From the human T2T-CHM13v2.0 reference genome, Homo sapiens, in NCBI RefSeq assembly GCF_009914755.1, contig NC_060932.1: DNA of 64,000 bases; one strand, given 5' to 3'. Under the pieces are notes generated by a model. The model was given only the letters and a program-made list of their open reading frames with translations, was not told the DNA's origin and did not search any database. The position numbers were made by a program, and so were the translations under genes. Below are positions 31,148 through 42,847 of this stretch, piece by piece (positions within the stretch are counted from its first letter, which is position 1; the number at the start of each line of letters is the position of its first letter).

Positions 31148-31488
31148 TGATTCATTTTAAGGAATTAGCTCTCATGATATTTGGGACCGTTAAATTAAAA
31201 CTTTGTAGAGCAGGCCAGCAGGCGGGGAACTCAGGCAGGAGTTAATGTAGATAACTTGAACATAATTTTTTCTTCCCTTGCAAAAATCTAGGTTTTTGCT
31301 TTTAAAGCCTTTCACTAATTGGATGAGGCTCAATCATATTATCCAGGGTAATCTTTACTTAAAATCAACTGATTGTAGGTGATAATCACAGCCACAAAAT
31401 ATGTTCACGTCAATGTCAAGATTAGTATTGGATTAAATAACTGGGTAGTATAACCTAATTAATTTGACACATAAAACTAACCATCACA
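31148..31488 (-). mobile_element. MLT2D-like ERVL LTR, 3' end missing
   Basis: aaggaattagctc...gcaggccagcagg...tacttaaaatcaactgattg...ttgacacataaaactaaccatcaca. Confidence 0.85.
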
Positions 31489-31559
31489 CCTAAATTATAC
31501 TGAATACATAGTTCAAAAAAATAACATACCCTTCATATACCAATTAATATATTCTATTT

Positions 31560-31750
31560 ACTTCTCTAAGTAATTTATATACTTTAAACATTTAATTGTC
31601 ACAACAATCCTATGAGATGATTTCAATATCAATTTTACTGCTAAAAATTAGATTTAAAGAAATTAAGTAATATAGTCATGTTGGCTCAGGTAATAAGTAG
31701 CTGGTGTAAGACTTAAATGTATGGTGTAGCTTTAAAAAGCAAGCTTTTTT
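31560..31750 (-). mobile_element. MIR
   Basis: catttaattgtcacaacaatcctatgagat...attaagtaa. Confidence 0.6.
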
Positions 31751-31777
31751 CATGTTAAATCTGCTCTGTAAACACGA

Positions 31778-31823
31778 GCATGTGTGTGTGTGCGCGCACA
31801 CACGCACACACACATACACACAC
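31778..31823. repeat. 46-nt alternating RY tract with a central palindrome
   Basis: gcatgtgtgtgtgtgcgcgcacacacgcacacacacatacacacac. Confidence 0.9.
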
Positions 31824-34800
31824 CCCACATTAGGAAGAAGAATCTACGGGAATCCTGGTTAATTATGATTGTCTTTTACCAACAGTCCTTTCCCACCCTG
31901 AATCTATTCATCATAGGACATTTATTGCATAACACACTCTCTGGCACATAACAAGCACACAGTAAAATTTGTCCAATAAATGGTTTTATAAGTAAAAGAA
32001 TGGATGAAAAATGAATGACATGCTCATGGATTGTGTTATTATCTCAGCGAAAGATGACAGTTGTTTTGGATGGACAGTTTTCCTTTTCAAGGATGAAGGG
32101 AAATATTTTTCATTTTTAAGACAAAATGGAATTTCATCAGTTTGATCTAACTGCCCAAATGCACTATAAAATTTAAGGAAATATGTTAAATCTTTATACC
32201 AATATATTGTTTTACTAGACTACTAATATATGACTTACTTGTGTAGTGGAAGATCTCCAGAAAATTATATTTCTTTCTACCTAAGTTATTTTAATAAAAA
32301 AAGCACATTTCACTTCATGCTTTTAGACCAAGCTATTAAAATAAATATATAACTGGTTGATAAATAAGCATAAATAACTATTACTCAAAAGATGATGCTG
32401 ATCAGCAAGTTCCTTGGCTTGTGGGGCAGTGGGCTGGATTAAAGTGTTCAAAAGTACAGCATGGAATGGCAATGAATTAACAAGAAAAATGAGATGCATT
32501 AAAGACTATCTTAACAATTATGTTAATTTTTTAAAGAGGTACCTCATTTGGTATGGCCCTGTGTATACATTTTATAACGATTGTAGGGCAGTTCTAACAT
32601 AATACTCAGCTATCAAGCCCAAATAAGGACCTTAATATATATAATAATTTATATCAAGAGAAAGCTAGGGTGCTTGTACGAGTGGAATTTCTTTTCTTGC
32701 ACCAAGCTTGGGTGACTACTTCTTCACAGTAGCTTTTGTACATTGGTTTTGAGTTTTAAAATAAAGGTTATCAGTTTGACTTTTGTCCTGGTGTTAGCCT
32801 CTGTTACTGGTGATTGATGAGAGGCTTGAAATCTAGTCATAACACACACACACACACACCCCTCAATATGCATATATTGAATTCACAAAAAATAATTTAT
32901 TTTAATGAAAAATACCTGCAATATTATATACATCTACATTTCTCATTTTCTCTTTTCAAATTCTATTTAAACTGTCTTACTTTTGACTCATAAGAATAAA
33001 AATTCAGGAGCATGTACACCATCTCATATGAAGACAAATTTTCTGATAGGGTAGGTTCAGATATGCAGATATAAGATTGATGCCCAGCCTGGAGCTCTTG
33101 CACAATGGCTATAATAGTGCACTCTCTTTTTAATAGTCCCTGCAGCTGTTGCTTCTAGGCCTTATATGCTACTGATTTTGTAAATAGTATAATCGTTTCT
33201 TTAAAAAGAATGTCTGTTTGATTTGGGAAAGTTCTGATAGAAAATTTCTAAATTTTCACATCTGGAGCCAAAATTCTAGGTTGGGTTATAAAAATTCACT
33301 ATGCTGAAGATCATGATCTCCTTTCAGTTTGTTTTAGAAAGTGCAGCTGTGATCCTTTCTTGCATTTGTTTTTGTACCTAAATATGATTAGTCAGGTAAA
33401 CACTCTTGATGATAACTCTCTGAATATTTAAATTTTATGTGCAATGAGTCCTTGGAGCGGACAGCATCACTAGATGAGAAAATAAACTGTGAATGCATTA
33501 TTTAAGTTAAAAAAAAGTGCTCAATGTGGTCTAGAATTTCTTCCACATCACAGCACTTTCTGGTGATTGTCTAATCTGAGTTTAGCCTCGTGATGACTTC
33601 TCTTTTTCTTTGATAAATAATCCGAAGGAGTGGGTCCCCTGATGCCTTTTCTTATTCACTCTCTGAAAAGAAGTGCTGATGAAAATAAATAAAATGTATA
33701 ATAGGCATTACTGGTTCTCAACCATCTATTTAGTCTGATGAGAAGACAGCAAGCTGGGCAAGTTTTGACCAGCATAGGGCAGGGAGTCAGTGCCTGGAAG
33801 AACAATTAGAAATATGTAAGAATCCTCTCCCAGCCATTGAAACCATAGGATACACTGATGTAAAACCCTCTGCCATGTTGACTGAAAGATTAAATGAAAA
33901 AAGAATCTGTTAACTCTTTATTTCTGCTAAAAAAATCTAATCAACTCCCTCATTTCAGCCAGACTTATTTTTTTTTAATGGTGAAATTATTTGTGGAATA
34001 CTTTTCAAGTACATGGATAAGATAACTGATTAGGGCAGTTGTAGTGCATTGGCTTTTTCTCATAGCAAAATTTGGAAGGGAAAAACGTTTCTTCATATCT
34101 AATTTTTTCCATGAATTCCATAGAAATATATATAGTTGTATTACCTAGAATTCTCACATAAAATACCGTGAAGGCCCTTAGTTAAATTGAAAAGAATTAA
34201 TTATTTAAAATCAAAGATCTCTGTTACCTAAATGATGCAGACATTTTCATGCCTAATGTTTGAATAGATTTCATCTGAAAGAACACTGAATTCTGTTAAG
34301 AAAATTGAGACACAGGGTTTGATATGCAGTTGAGGTTGGGGCTGCTGTTAATATTTAACTTTGTATTTATTAGCATTGTGGTCATATAACACCACAGGTA
34401 TGTCTTATTTAACATTTGATTTGAAGAGGCACAATATTTTTAAAATGGTAAAACTTAAGGAAACCTTAGTTAATCTAGTACAAATGCATCTGAACATTCA
34501 GGTTTGACATTTAAATTCTGATTTTTGATAGTTTACCTGAGGAAAGAAAGATGCCTTAATCTAGTGTATTTTATGATTTAGACAGCAAAATATTTGTTAT
34601 TTTTCCTTTGTAGTCCATTCGTCTTTGATATTTCTTTCTTTTTGCTCAAGTAACAACAGCAACAGCAATAAAAACATAAAAATAAAAAGCATTAGTACCT
34701 ATTTGAAAGGATAAGTTGTATTTTAGTATGTTTATTTTTGTTATTAAATTTGAAACTCAGAATCAGGTGACTTTTTTAAGTTAATATAATTAAAATCCAA

Positions 34801-35396
34801 TTATACCCCATGGAAGTAAAAGAAATAAAAAGACATTTAAATTTTTTGTAGTAACAGGATTTGTGGAAGATTAATAATTGTGATTTACATGCACATTTTA
34901 CTTTGAAATATAAATTAATGAGTTATTAATGGCATTTAAATGAAAAGTAACATGATCTTAAATAACATCCTGGTAAATTTTCATGAGTCACTTTACAGAC
35001 TGACTTTTACATTGGTTACAAATTGTAATTTCCACCAATAAAGATATAAAATAGAATATTATCAAACAGGCAGTGAAATTGTTTTTCATAGAAATGTTAG
35101 AATTTGTATTTAAAATGTTTTTATACTTGAATAATCAAAGAAGTCATTCATTTTCCTTTTCAATAATGTTTTCATCATTGGTTTTGGAGCAATCTTCTGA
35201 AGTGGAAGTTCAAAACATCTATATTCCATTTTTGAAATGTGTATATATTACAAAACATATTTTGTGTTTTGATTAACTGGGTCAAAATTTTATTTATTGT
35301 GTTTGCTTTTCGGTCACTTTTTACATTACCAGACTTTGAGTTCCTTTTCAATGAAAAAAAGAAGATGTGAAATTACTACATGTTTTCAAAAGAAAG

Positions 35397-35815
35397 CATT
35401 TATTTATTAAATATTTATTGAACATCTGCTTCTTTCTGCCACTGTTGTATCATTGGGAATACAACAGTAAACAAAATAGAAAAAAAATTCCAGGCATCAA
35501 GGGAACTAAAATTCTAAAATAGTAGGGCAAGACAGTCAATTTCCAAAAATAAGTACAGTAAATAAAAATTAGACAATAATAATGGTTAGATAAAGAGATA
35601 AAAAATTTCAAGATGGGAGTTTATGATTTTCAGTGGAGTGATCAGGGCAGTCATTCCTGAAAAGGTAACATTTTAACAAATATCTTAAGTGAGATAATAA
35701 GTGAGCCATGCAGACAACTCCACCAGAGAATTTTGAAAGCAATCAGCAAATACAGAGACCCTGAGGCAGGAGCAAGCCTTCTGTGTTTCAGGAAGAATAC
35801 AGAAAAGTCTATGTT
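35397..35815 (-). mobile_element. L2a 3' part
   Basis: aaatatttattgaacatct...gggaatacaacagtaaacaaaataga...gtgagccatgcag...accctgaggcaggagc. Confidence 0.8.
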
Positions 35816-35959
35816 CATGATGCATTTGTATTTTTTTCATAGAAATTTGAGAGTTAATTTCTAAACTATTAGTTAAATTGGTATTTGCAAATAACATATC
35901 AACAAAATAACGAGAATGTACATATATAATCTCAAAGAAAATACATTGATTTTCATAGC

Positions 35960-36260
35960 AGATGTTGCTTAAACAGAAAGATAATATCTAGAAAAAAGGG
36001 AGGTTAGAGTTATATGCTACTCAATATTGGTCAGTCTTCTTCTGAAGTATTGTATGACATTTTAGGTATTTTGTTTTCAAAAGGCTGCAAATTACTAGAA
36101 GCCTAACCTAGAGGAAGAGATTATATGCTAAGGGAACATCATATAAGACCACATCATATAAGGAATGATGGGAGGACCCAGGATGTTGGGTCTGCAATTT
36201 AAAAGTCTTCCAAGGAGGAAAATTAACACAGAAAATGATAGCTCTCAACTATTGAATATT
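35960..36260 (+). mobile_element. L3/CR1 LINE fragment
   Basis: tctagaaaaaagggagg...tactcaatattggtcag...tctgaagtattgt...catataaggaatg...ggatgttgggtctg matches the L3 3' ORF2 region. Confidence 0.65.
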
Positions 36261-38727
36261 TATTTTCACCCAATTAATTTTTTTATTGAATGGATGCAAA
36301 AGAGAGATAAATTTGTTACTGAATACCACTAAAAAGATTGTTTGGAAACATTTAATGAATAAGTATAATGTATAATTCCTTTTATTAAGCTATACATGTT
36401 TTTTTGAATGTATTATTTCTGGGAATGAATACCAGAAAGAGTGAATATCAGGAAGAGTTTGAGATCTTAGATACATCTCATTTGTGCTTAGCTAATGGAT
36501 AATTATATACTTCATAATATAGTTATAAAAATAATGTATAAGGAGAATCTAGTATAATTTTGGAAATATTAGGTACTTAGTGTCTGTTGAAGGGAAGTAG
36601 TGAGGAAAGGAAAGGAGAAATGCAAGGGAGAAAAAAACTATTGAATATTTTATCATTAGTAACCATGAAACTTTAAGTCTGAAAATTATTCTTGAGCTAT
36701 GTAACTCAACTCCTTACTTATACGTTGCTCTTATGTAGCTCAAATTATAATTTGACTTTTTACAGGTCACCCAAGAGTAGTTACTCTATCAATATGTTTT
36801 TAGAACTCTTAATAAAGTGCTGTTTTAAAATCTCAGTTAGCTAATGTAATTACCTAATGGAGTTGTAATTATTTCAGAGCTCTAACAATGAAAGCCATCT
36901 GAGATTGGAGGTACTAACCTCAGAAGGAATAGAAAGTATTATTACTTTAGGTGGTCAGTGACAGACTGGGTCACTATTTGTTGATGATTCATAATTCTAA
37001 GGTCCACATACTAATGCTAATGACTTGTGATTGTAAGTTGTATATGTGTAAAAAGAATCAGAATTCTTTATGGTCTTTCTGGTATATATAGAGATAATCT
37101 TTTTAGTTCCATATGGGTTTTTGAATCCATTTTGTTTCATTTTCATATATTGCACTCTTAGTTGTCAGGCCTAGTTTCCCAAATCAAAATTGATAGGTTA
37201 CTCACACACAAAAAAGATCAAAGCTAGACTTTTTGATATGTATTTATTATTTTTGAGTTGCATTAGAAACTAAAGACATCTCCTAGTGAATATGCACCTT
37301 AACATCTCATGATAGCTACTTTATAAAAGGTTTATTTTTCACATTACCTAGAATATTTGATTCAACCAAAAGTTACTGCAAAATGTATTCCTTGCATCTC
37401 TTTCTTCACATGTTGAATCATTTGGTGACACATGTGGACGCTCAGGCTTTTGAAAGCCAAAACACTTCTCACTAAAATATTAGAATACATTTTCCAGCCC
37501 ACCTTTTATAAATTGAGCCCTTCTTTGTTATTATGTTAACTTGATTCTCTCTGTTTCTAAGTGAACCGCAGCAAGAATTCTTACCTGCTGCTTAGATTCG
37601 CCCCAGAGAATAGAAACTTCAAAGATATGTACTTTTAGGTCTCACATGAAAGGGAGACATAGGTACATATTTTATAAATGGTATTCAACCTATGCATGAC
37701 AGATCAGAGCTTGATAGACACCTCATTAGAAATGTCTCTGCCGCTTGGTTTTCTCAAAATACAGATTTCATGAAATGCTTTCTATTTGCTCTAATTTTCC
37801 CATGGTTGCCCAATTATCAAATATTTTTTTTTTTTACTCAGAAGTATGTTCTTGTGTCTTTTCCATGTATGAGAATATAGTCTTTCCAATTAAAATGAAA
37901 TAATATTCATATTCATATGAATGAATTCATTTACTTATTCAATATATAGGTTCAGGGCCTCTACCTGCTGATTTAGTTTAGAGATCTCTCATTAAGCTTA
38001 TTTTTTTTTCCTGTCCTCACTATGTGAGTCTAGATTAAAAAGCCCTGTCCTTTTCTTACTTACAGGACAAGTAAGAAAAGCACTGTTTTGTTCGTCTACA
38101 AAGATTCACTGAATTATTAAGGAGAAAAGGATTTGCTACAACAATGAAGATGCTGTGTTAATTTCTAGATATCCCTTTCTCTGAAAGCTGTTTGGCCATT
38201 TAAGCTGCTGGGATTCTAGCTTCCCCCCATGTTGTTTGCCCTCCTCATTCCCAACTCTCCTTGTTCTCCAGCATCTACCTGTCTGTTACTTCTCTCTGAA
38301 ATCCTTGTCCATTCATATAGAGATGCACTTAGGCATCTCTCTCTCTCTTTCTTTTTCTCTTCAATTCTTACTCTTCCATAGCATGCAATTCCCATCTCTT
38401 GTCCAACAGAATCTTTTAGTGGACCAATGACCTAGATTTAGTCTACCTAGGGTTTGGAGTTTTGTTTATTTCATTTTAAATTATTACAAGTCATGTGGTA
38501 AAGAATACCTTCGTGCTATAGTTACTTTGATGATTTTTTTATTATACTTTAAGTTCTAGGATGCATGTGCACAACGTGCAGGTTTGTTACAGATGTATAC
38601 ATGTGCCATGTTGGTGTGCTGCACCCATTAACTCGTCATTTACATTAGGTGTATCTCCTAATGCTATCCCTCCCCCCTTGCCCCAGTGTGTGATGTTCCC
38701 CTTCCTGTGTCCAAGTGTTCTCATTGT

Positions 38728-41700
38728 TCAGTTCCCACCTATGAGTGAGAAGATGTGGTGTTTGGTTTTTTGTCCTTGCGATAGTTTGCTCAGAATGATG
38801 GTTTTCAGCTTCATCCATGTCCCTACCAAGGACATGAACTTATCCTTTTTTATGGCTGCATAGTATTCCATGGTGCATATGTGCCACATTTTCTTAATCC
38901 AGTCTATCATTGTCGGACATTTGGGTTGGTTCCAAGTCTTTGCTATTGTGAATAGTGCCTCAATAAACATACATGTGCATGTGTCTTTATAGCAGCATGA
39001 TTTATAATCCTTTGGGTATATACCCAGTAATAGGATGGCTGGGTCAAATGGTATTTCTAGTTCTAGATCCTTGAGGAATCACCACACTGTCTTCCAGAAT
39101 GATTAAACTAGTTTACAATCCCACCAACAGTGTAAAAGTGTTCCTATTTCTCCACATCCTGTCCAGCACCTGTTGTTTCCTGACTTTTTAATGATCACCA
39201 TTCTAACTGGTGTGAGATGGTATCTCCTTGTGGTTTTGATTTGCATTTCTCTGATGGCCAGTGATGGTGAGCATTTTTTCATGTGTTTTTTGGCTGCATA
39301 AATGTCTTCTTTTGAGAAGTGTCCGTTCATATCCTTCCCCCACTTTTTGATGGGGTTGTTTGATTTTTTCTTGTAAATTTGTTTAAGTTCTTTGTAGATT
39401 CTTGATATTAGCCCTTTGTCAGATGGGTAGATTGTAAAAATTTTCTCCCATTCTATAGGTTGCCTTTTCACTCTGATGGTAGTTTCATTTGCTGTGCAGA
39501 AGCTCTTTAGTTTAATTAGATCCCATTTGTCAATTTTGGCTTTTGTTGCCATTGCTTTTGGTGTTTTAGACATGAAGTCCTTGCCCATGCCTATGTCCTG
39601 AATGGTATTGCCTAGGTTTTCTTCTAGGGTTTTTATGGTTTTAAGTCTAACATTTAAGTCTTTAGTCCATCTTGAATTAATTTTTTTATAAGGTGTAAGG
39701 AAGGGATCCAGTTTCAGCTTTCTACATATGGCTAGCCAGTTTTCCCAGCACCATTTATTAAATAGGGAATCCTTTCCCCATTTCTTGCTTTTGTCAGGTT
39801 TGTCAAAGATCACATGGTTGTAGATGTGTGGTATTAATTTTGAGGGCTCTGGTCTGTTCCATTGATCTATATCTCTGTTTTGGTACCAGTACCATGCCAT
39901 TTTGGTACTGTAGCCATGTAGTATAGTTTGAAATCAGGTAGGATGATGCCTCCACCTTTGTTCTTTTTGCTTAGGATTCTCTTGGCAATGCAGGCTCTTT
40001 TTTGGTTCCATATGAATTTTAAAGTAGTTTTTTCCAATTCTGTGAAGAAAGTCATTGGTAGCCTGATAAGGATGGCATTGAATCTATAAATTAACTTGGG
40101 CAGTATGGCCATTTTCATGATATTGATTCTTCCTGTCCCTGAGCATGGAATATTATTCCATTTGTTTGTGTTCTCTTTTATTTCGTTGAGCAGTGGTTTG
40201 TAGTTCTCCTTGAAGAAGACTTTCACATCCTTTGTAAGTTGGATTCCTAGGTGTTTTATTCTCTTCGAAGCAATTATGAATGGGAGTTCACTCATGATTT
40301 GGCTCTCTGTTTGTCTGTTTTTGGTGTATAGGAATGTTTGTGATTTTTGCACATTGATTTTGTATCCTGTGACTTTGCTGAAGTTGCTTATCAGCTTAAG
40401 GAGATTTTGGGCTGAGATGATTTTTTTTTTTTTGAGATGGAGTCTTGCTCTGTTACCTAGGCTGGAGTGCAGTGGTGCGATCTTGGCTCTCTGCAAGCTC
40501 CGCCTCCTGGGTTCACACCATTCTCCTACCTCAGCCTCCAGAGTAGCTGAGACTACAGGCACCCGCCACCATGCCCAGCTAATTTTTTGTGTTTTTAGTA
40601 GAGATGGGGTTTCACTGTGTTAGCCAGGATGGTCTCGATCTCCTGATCTCGTGATCCACCCGCCTGGGCCTCCCAAAGTACTAGGATTACAGGCATGAGC
40701 CACCGCGCCCAGCTGGGGTTTTCTAAATATACAATCATGTCATTTTCAAACAGGGACAATTTGACTTCCTCTTTTCCTAATTGAATGCCCTTTATTTCTT
40801 TCTCTTGCTTGCTTGCCCTGGCCAGAACTTCCAACACTATGTTGAATAGGAGTGTTGAGAGAGGGCATCCCTGTCTTATGAAAGTTTTCAAAGGGAATGC
40901 TTCCAGTTTTTGCCCATTAAGTATGATATTGGCTGTGGGTTTGCCATAGATAGCTCTTATTATTTTGAGATACATCCTATCAATACCTAGTTTATTGAGA
41001 GTTTTTAGCATGAAGAGCTGTTGAATTTTGTTGAAGGCGTTTTCTGCATCTATTGAGATAATCATGTGGTTTTTGTCATTGGTTCTGTTGATATGCTGGA
41101 TTATGTTTATTGATTTGTGTATGTTGAACCAGCCTTGCATCCCAGGGAGGAAGCCCACTTGATCATGCTGGATAAGCTTTTTGATGTGCTGCTGGGTTCA
41201 GTTTGCCAGTATTTTACTGAGGATTTTTGCATCGATGTTCACCAGGGATATTGGTCTAAAATTGACTTTTTTTGTTGTGTCTCTGCCAGGCTTTGGTATC
41301 AAGATGGTGCTGGCCTCATAAAATGAGTTAGAGATGATTCCCTCTTTTTCTATTAATTGGAATAGTTTCAGTAGGAATGGTACCAGCTCCTCTTTGTACC
41401 TCTGGTAGAATTCGTCTGTGAATCCATCTGGTCCTCGACTTTTTTTGGTTGGTAGACTATTAATTATTGCCTCAATTTCAGAGCCTGTTATTTGTCTATT
41501 CAGGGATTCAACTTCTTCCTGGTTTAGTCGTGAGAGGTTGTATGTGTCCAGGAACTTATCCGTTTCTTCTAGATTTTCTAGTTTATTTGAGTAGAGGTGT
41601 TTATAGTATTCTCTGATGGTAGTTTGTATTTCCGTGGAATTGGTGGTGATATCTGCTCTATTATTTTTTATTGCGTCTATTGGATTCTTTTCTCTTTTCT

Positions 41701-42847
41701 TCTTTATTAGTCTTGCTAGCAGTCTATCAATTTTGTTGATCTTTTCAAAAAACCAGATCCTGGATTCATTGATTTTTTGAAGGGTTTTTTGTGTCTCTAT
41801 TTCCTTCAGTTCTGCTCTGATCTTAGTTATTTCTTGCCTTCTGCTAGCTTTTGAATGTGTTTGTTCTTACTCGTCTAGTTCTTTTAATTGTGATGTTAGG
41901 ATGTCAATTTTAGATCTTTCCTGCTTTCTCTTGTGGGCATTTAGTGCTATAAATTTCCCTCTACACACTGCCTTAAATGTGTCCCAGAGATTCTGGTATG
42001 TTGTATCTTTGTTCTCATTGGTTTCAAAGAACATCTTTGTTTCTGCCTTCATTATGTTGTGTACCCAGTAGTCATTCAGGAGCAGGTTGTTCAGTTTCCA
42101 TGTAGTTGAGCAGTTTTGAGTGAGTTTCTTAATCCTGAGTTCTAGTTTGATTGCACTGTGGTCTGAGAGACAGTTTGTTATACTTTCTGTTCTTTTGCAT
42201 TTGCTGAGGATTGCTTTACTTCCAACTATGTGGTCAGTTTTTGAATAAGTGCGGTGTGGTGCTGAGAAGAATGTATATTCTGTTGATTTAGGGTGGAGAA
42301 TTCTGTAGATGTCTATTAGGTCTTCTTGGTGCAGAGCTGAGTTCAATTCCTGGATATCCTTGTTAACTTTCTGTCTTGTTGATCTGTCTAATGTTGACAG
42401 TGGGGTGTTAAAATCTCCCATTATTATTGTGTGGGAGTCTAAGTCTCTTTGTAGGTCTCTAAGGACTTGCTTTATGAATCTGGGTGCTCCTGTATTGGGT
42501 GCATATATATTTAGGATAGTTAGCTCTTCTTGTTGAATTGATCCCTTTACCATTATGTAATGGCCTTCTTTGTCTCTTTTGATCTTTGTTGGTTTAAAGT
42601 CTGTCTTATCAGAAGCTAGGATTGCAACACCTGCTTTTTTTTGTTTTCCATTTGCTTTGCAGATCTTCATCCATCCCTTTATTTTGAGCCTATGTGTGTC
42701 TCTGCACGTGAGATGGGTCCCCTGAATACAGCACGCTGATGGGTCTTGACTCTTTATCCATTTTGCCAGTCTGTGTCTTTTAACTGGAGGACTTAGCCCA
42801 TTTACATTTAAGGTTAATATTGTTATGTGTGAATTTGATCCTGTCAT
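38728..42847 (-). pseudogene. Disrupted L1 ORF2 (APE endonuclease, reverse transcriptase, CCHC domain)
   Basis: ORF pieces 41867-42847 (EN, CCIQGTH = E43G), 40595-41158 (RT, QGCPLS, FADD changed to FEND), 39867-40562, 39103-39900, 38728-38970; stops, frameshifts and an Alu insertion. Confidence 0.95.
40421..40714 (-). mobile_element. AluY inserted in the L1 RT domain without a TSD
   Basis: gcaagctccgcc, ttcacaccattctc, ttagccaggatggtctcgatc; L1 flanks gctgagatga|tggggttttc are contiguous in the consensus. Confidence 0.93.

Noticed and set aside
39867-40623. 231-aa and 137-aa ORFs that look like new proteins
   Set aside because: Alu/L1 ORF2 read-through across the insertion junction, and its antisense
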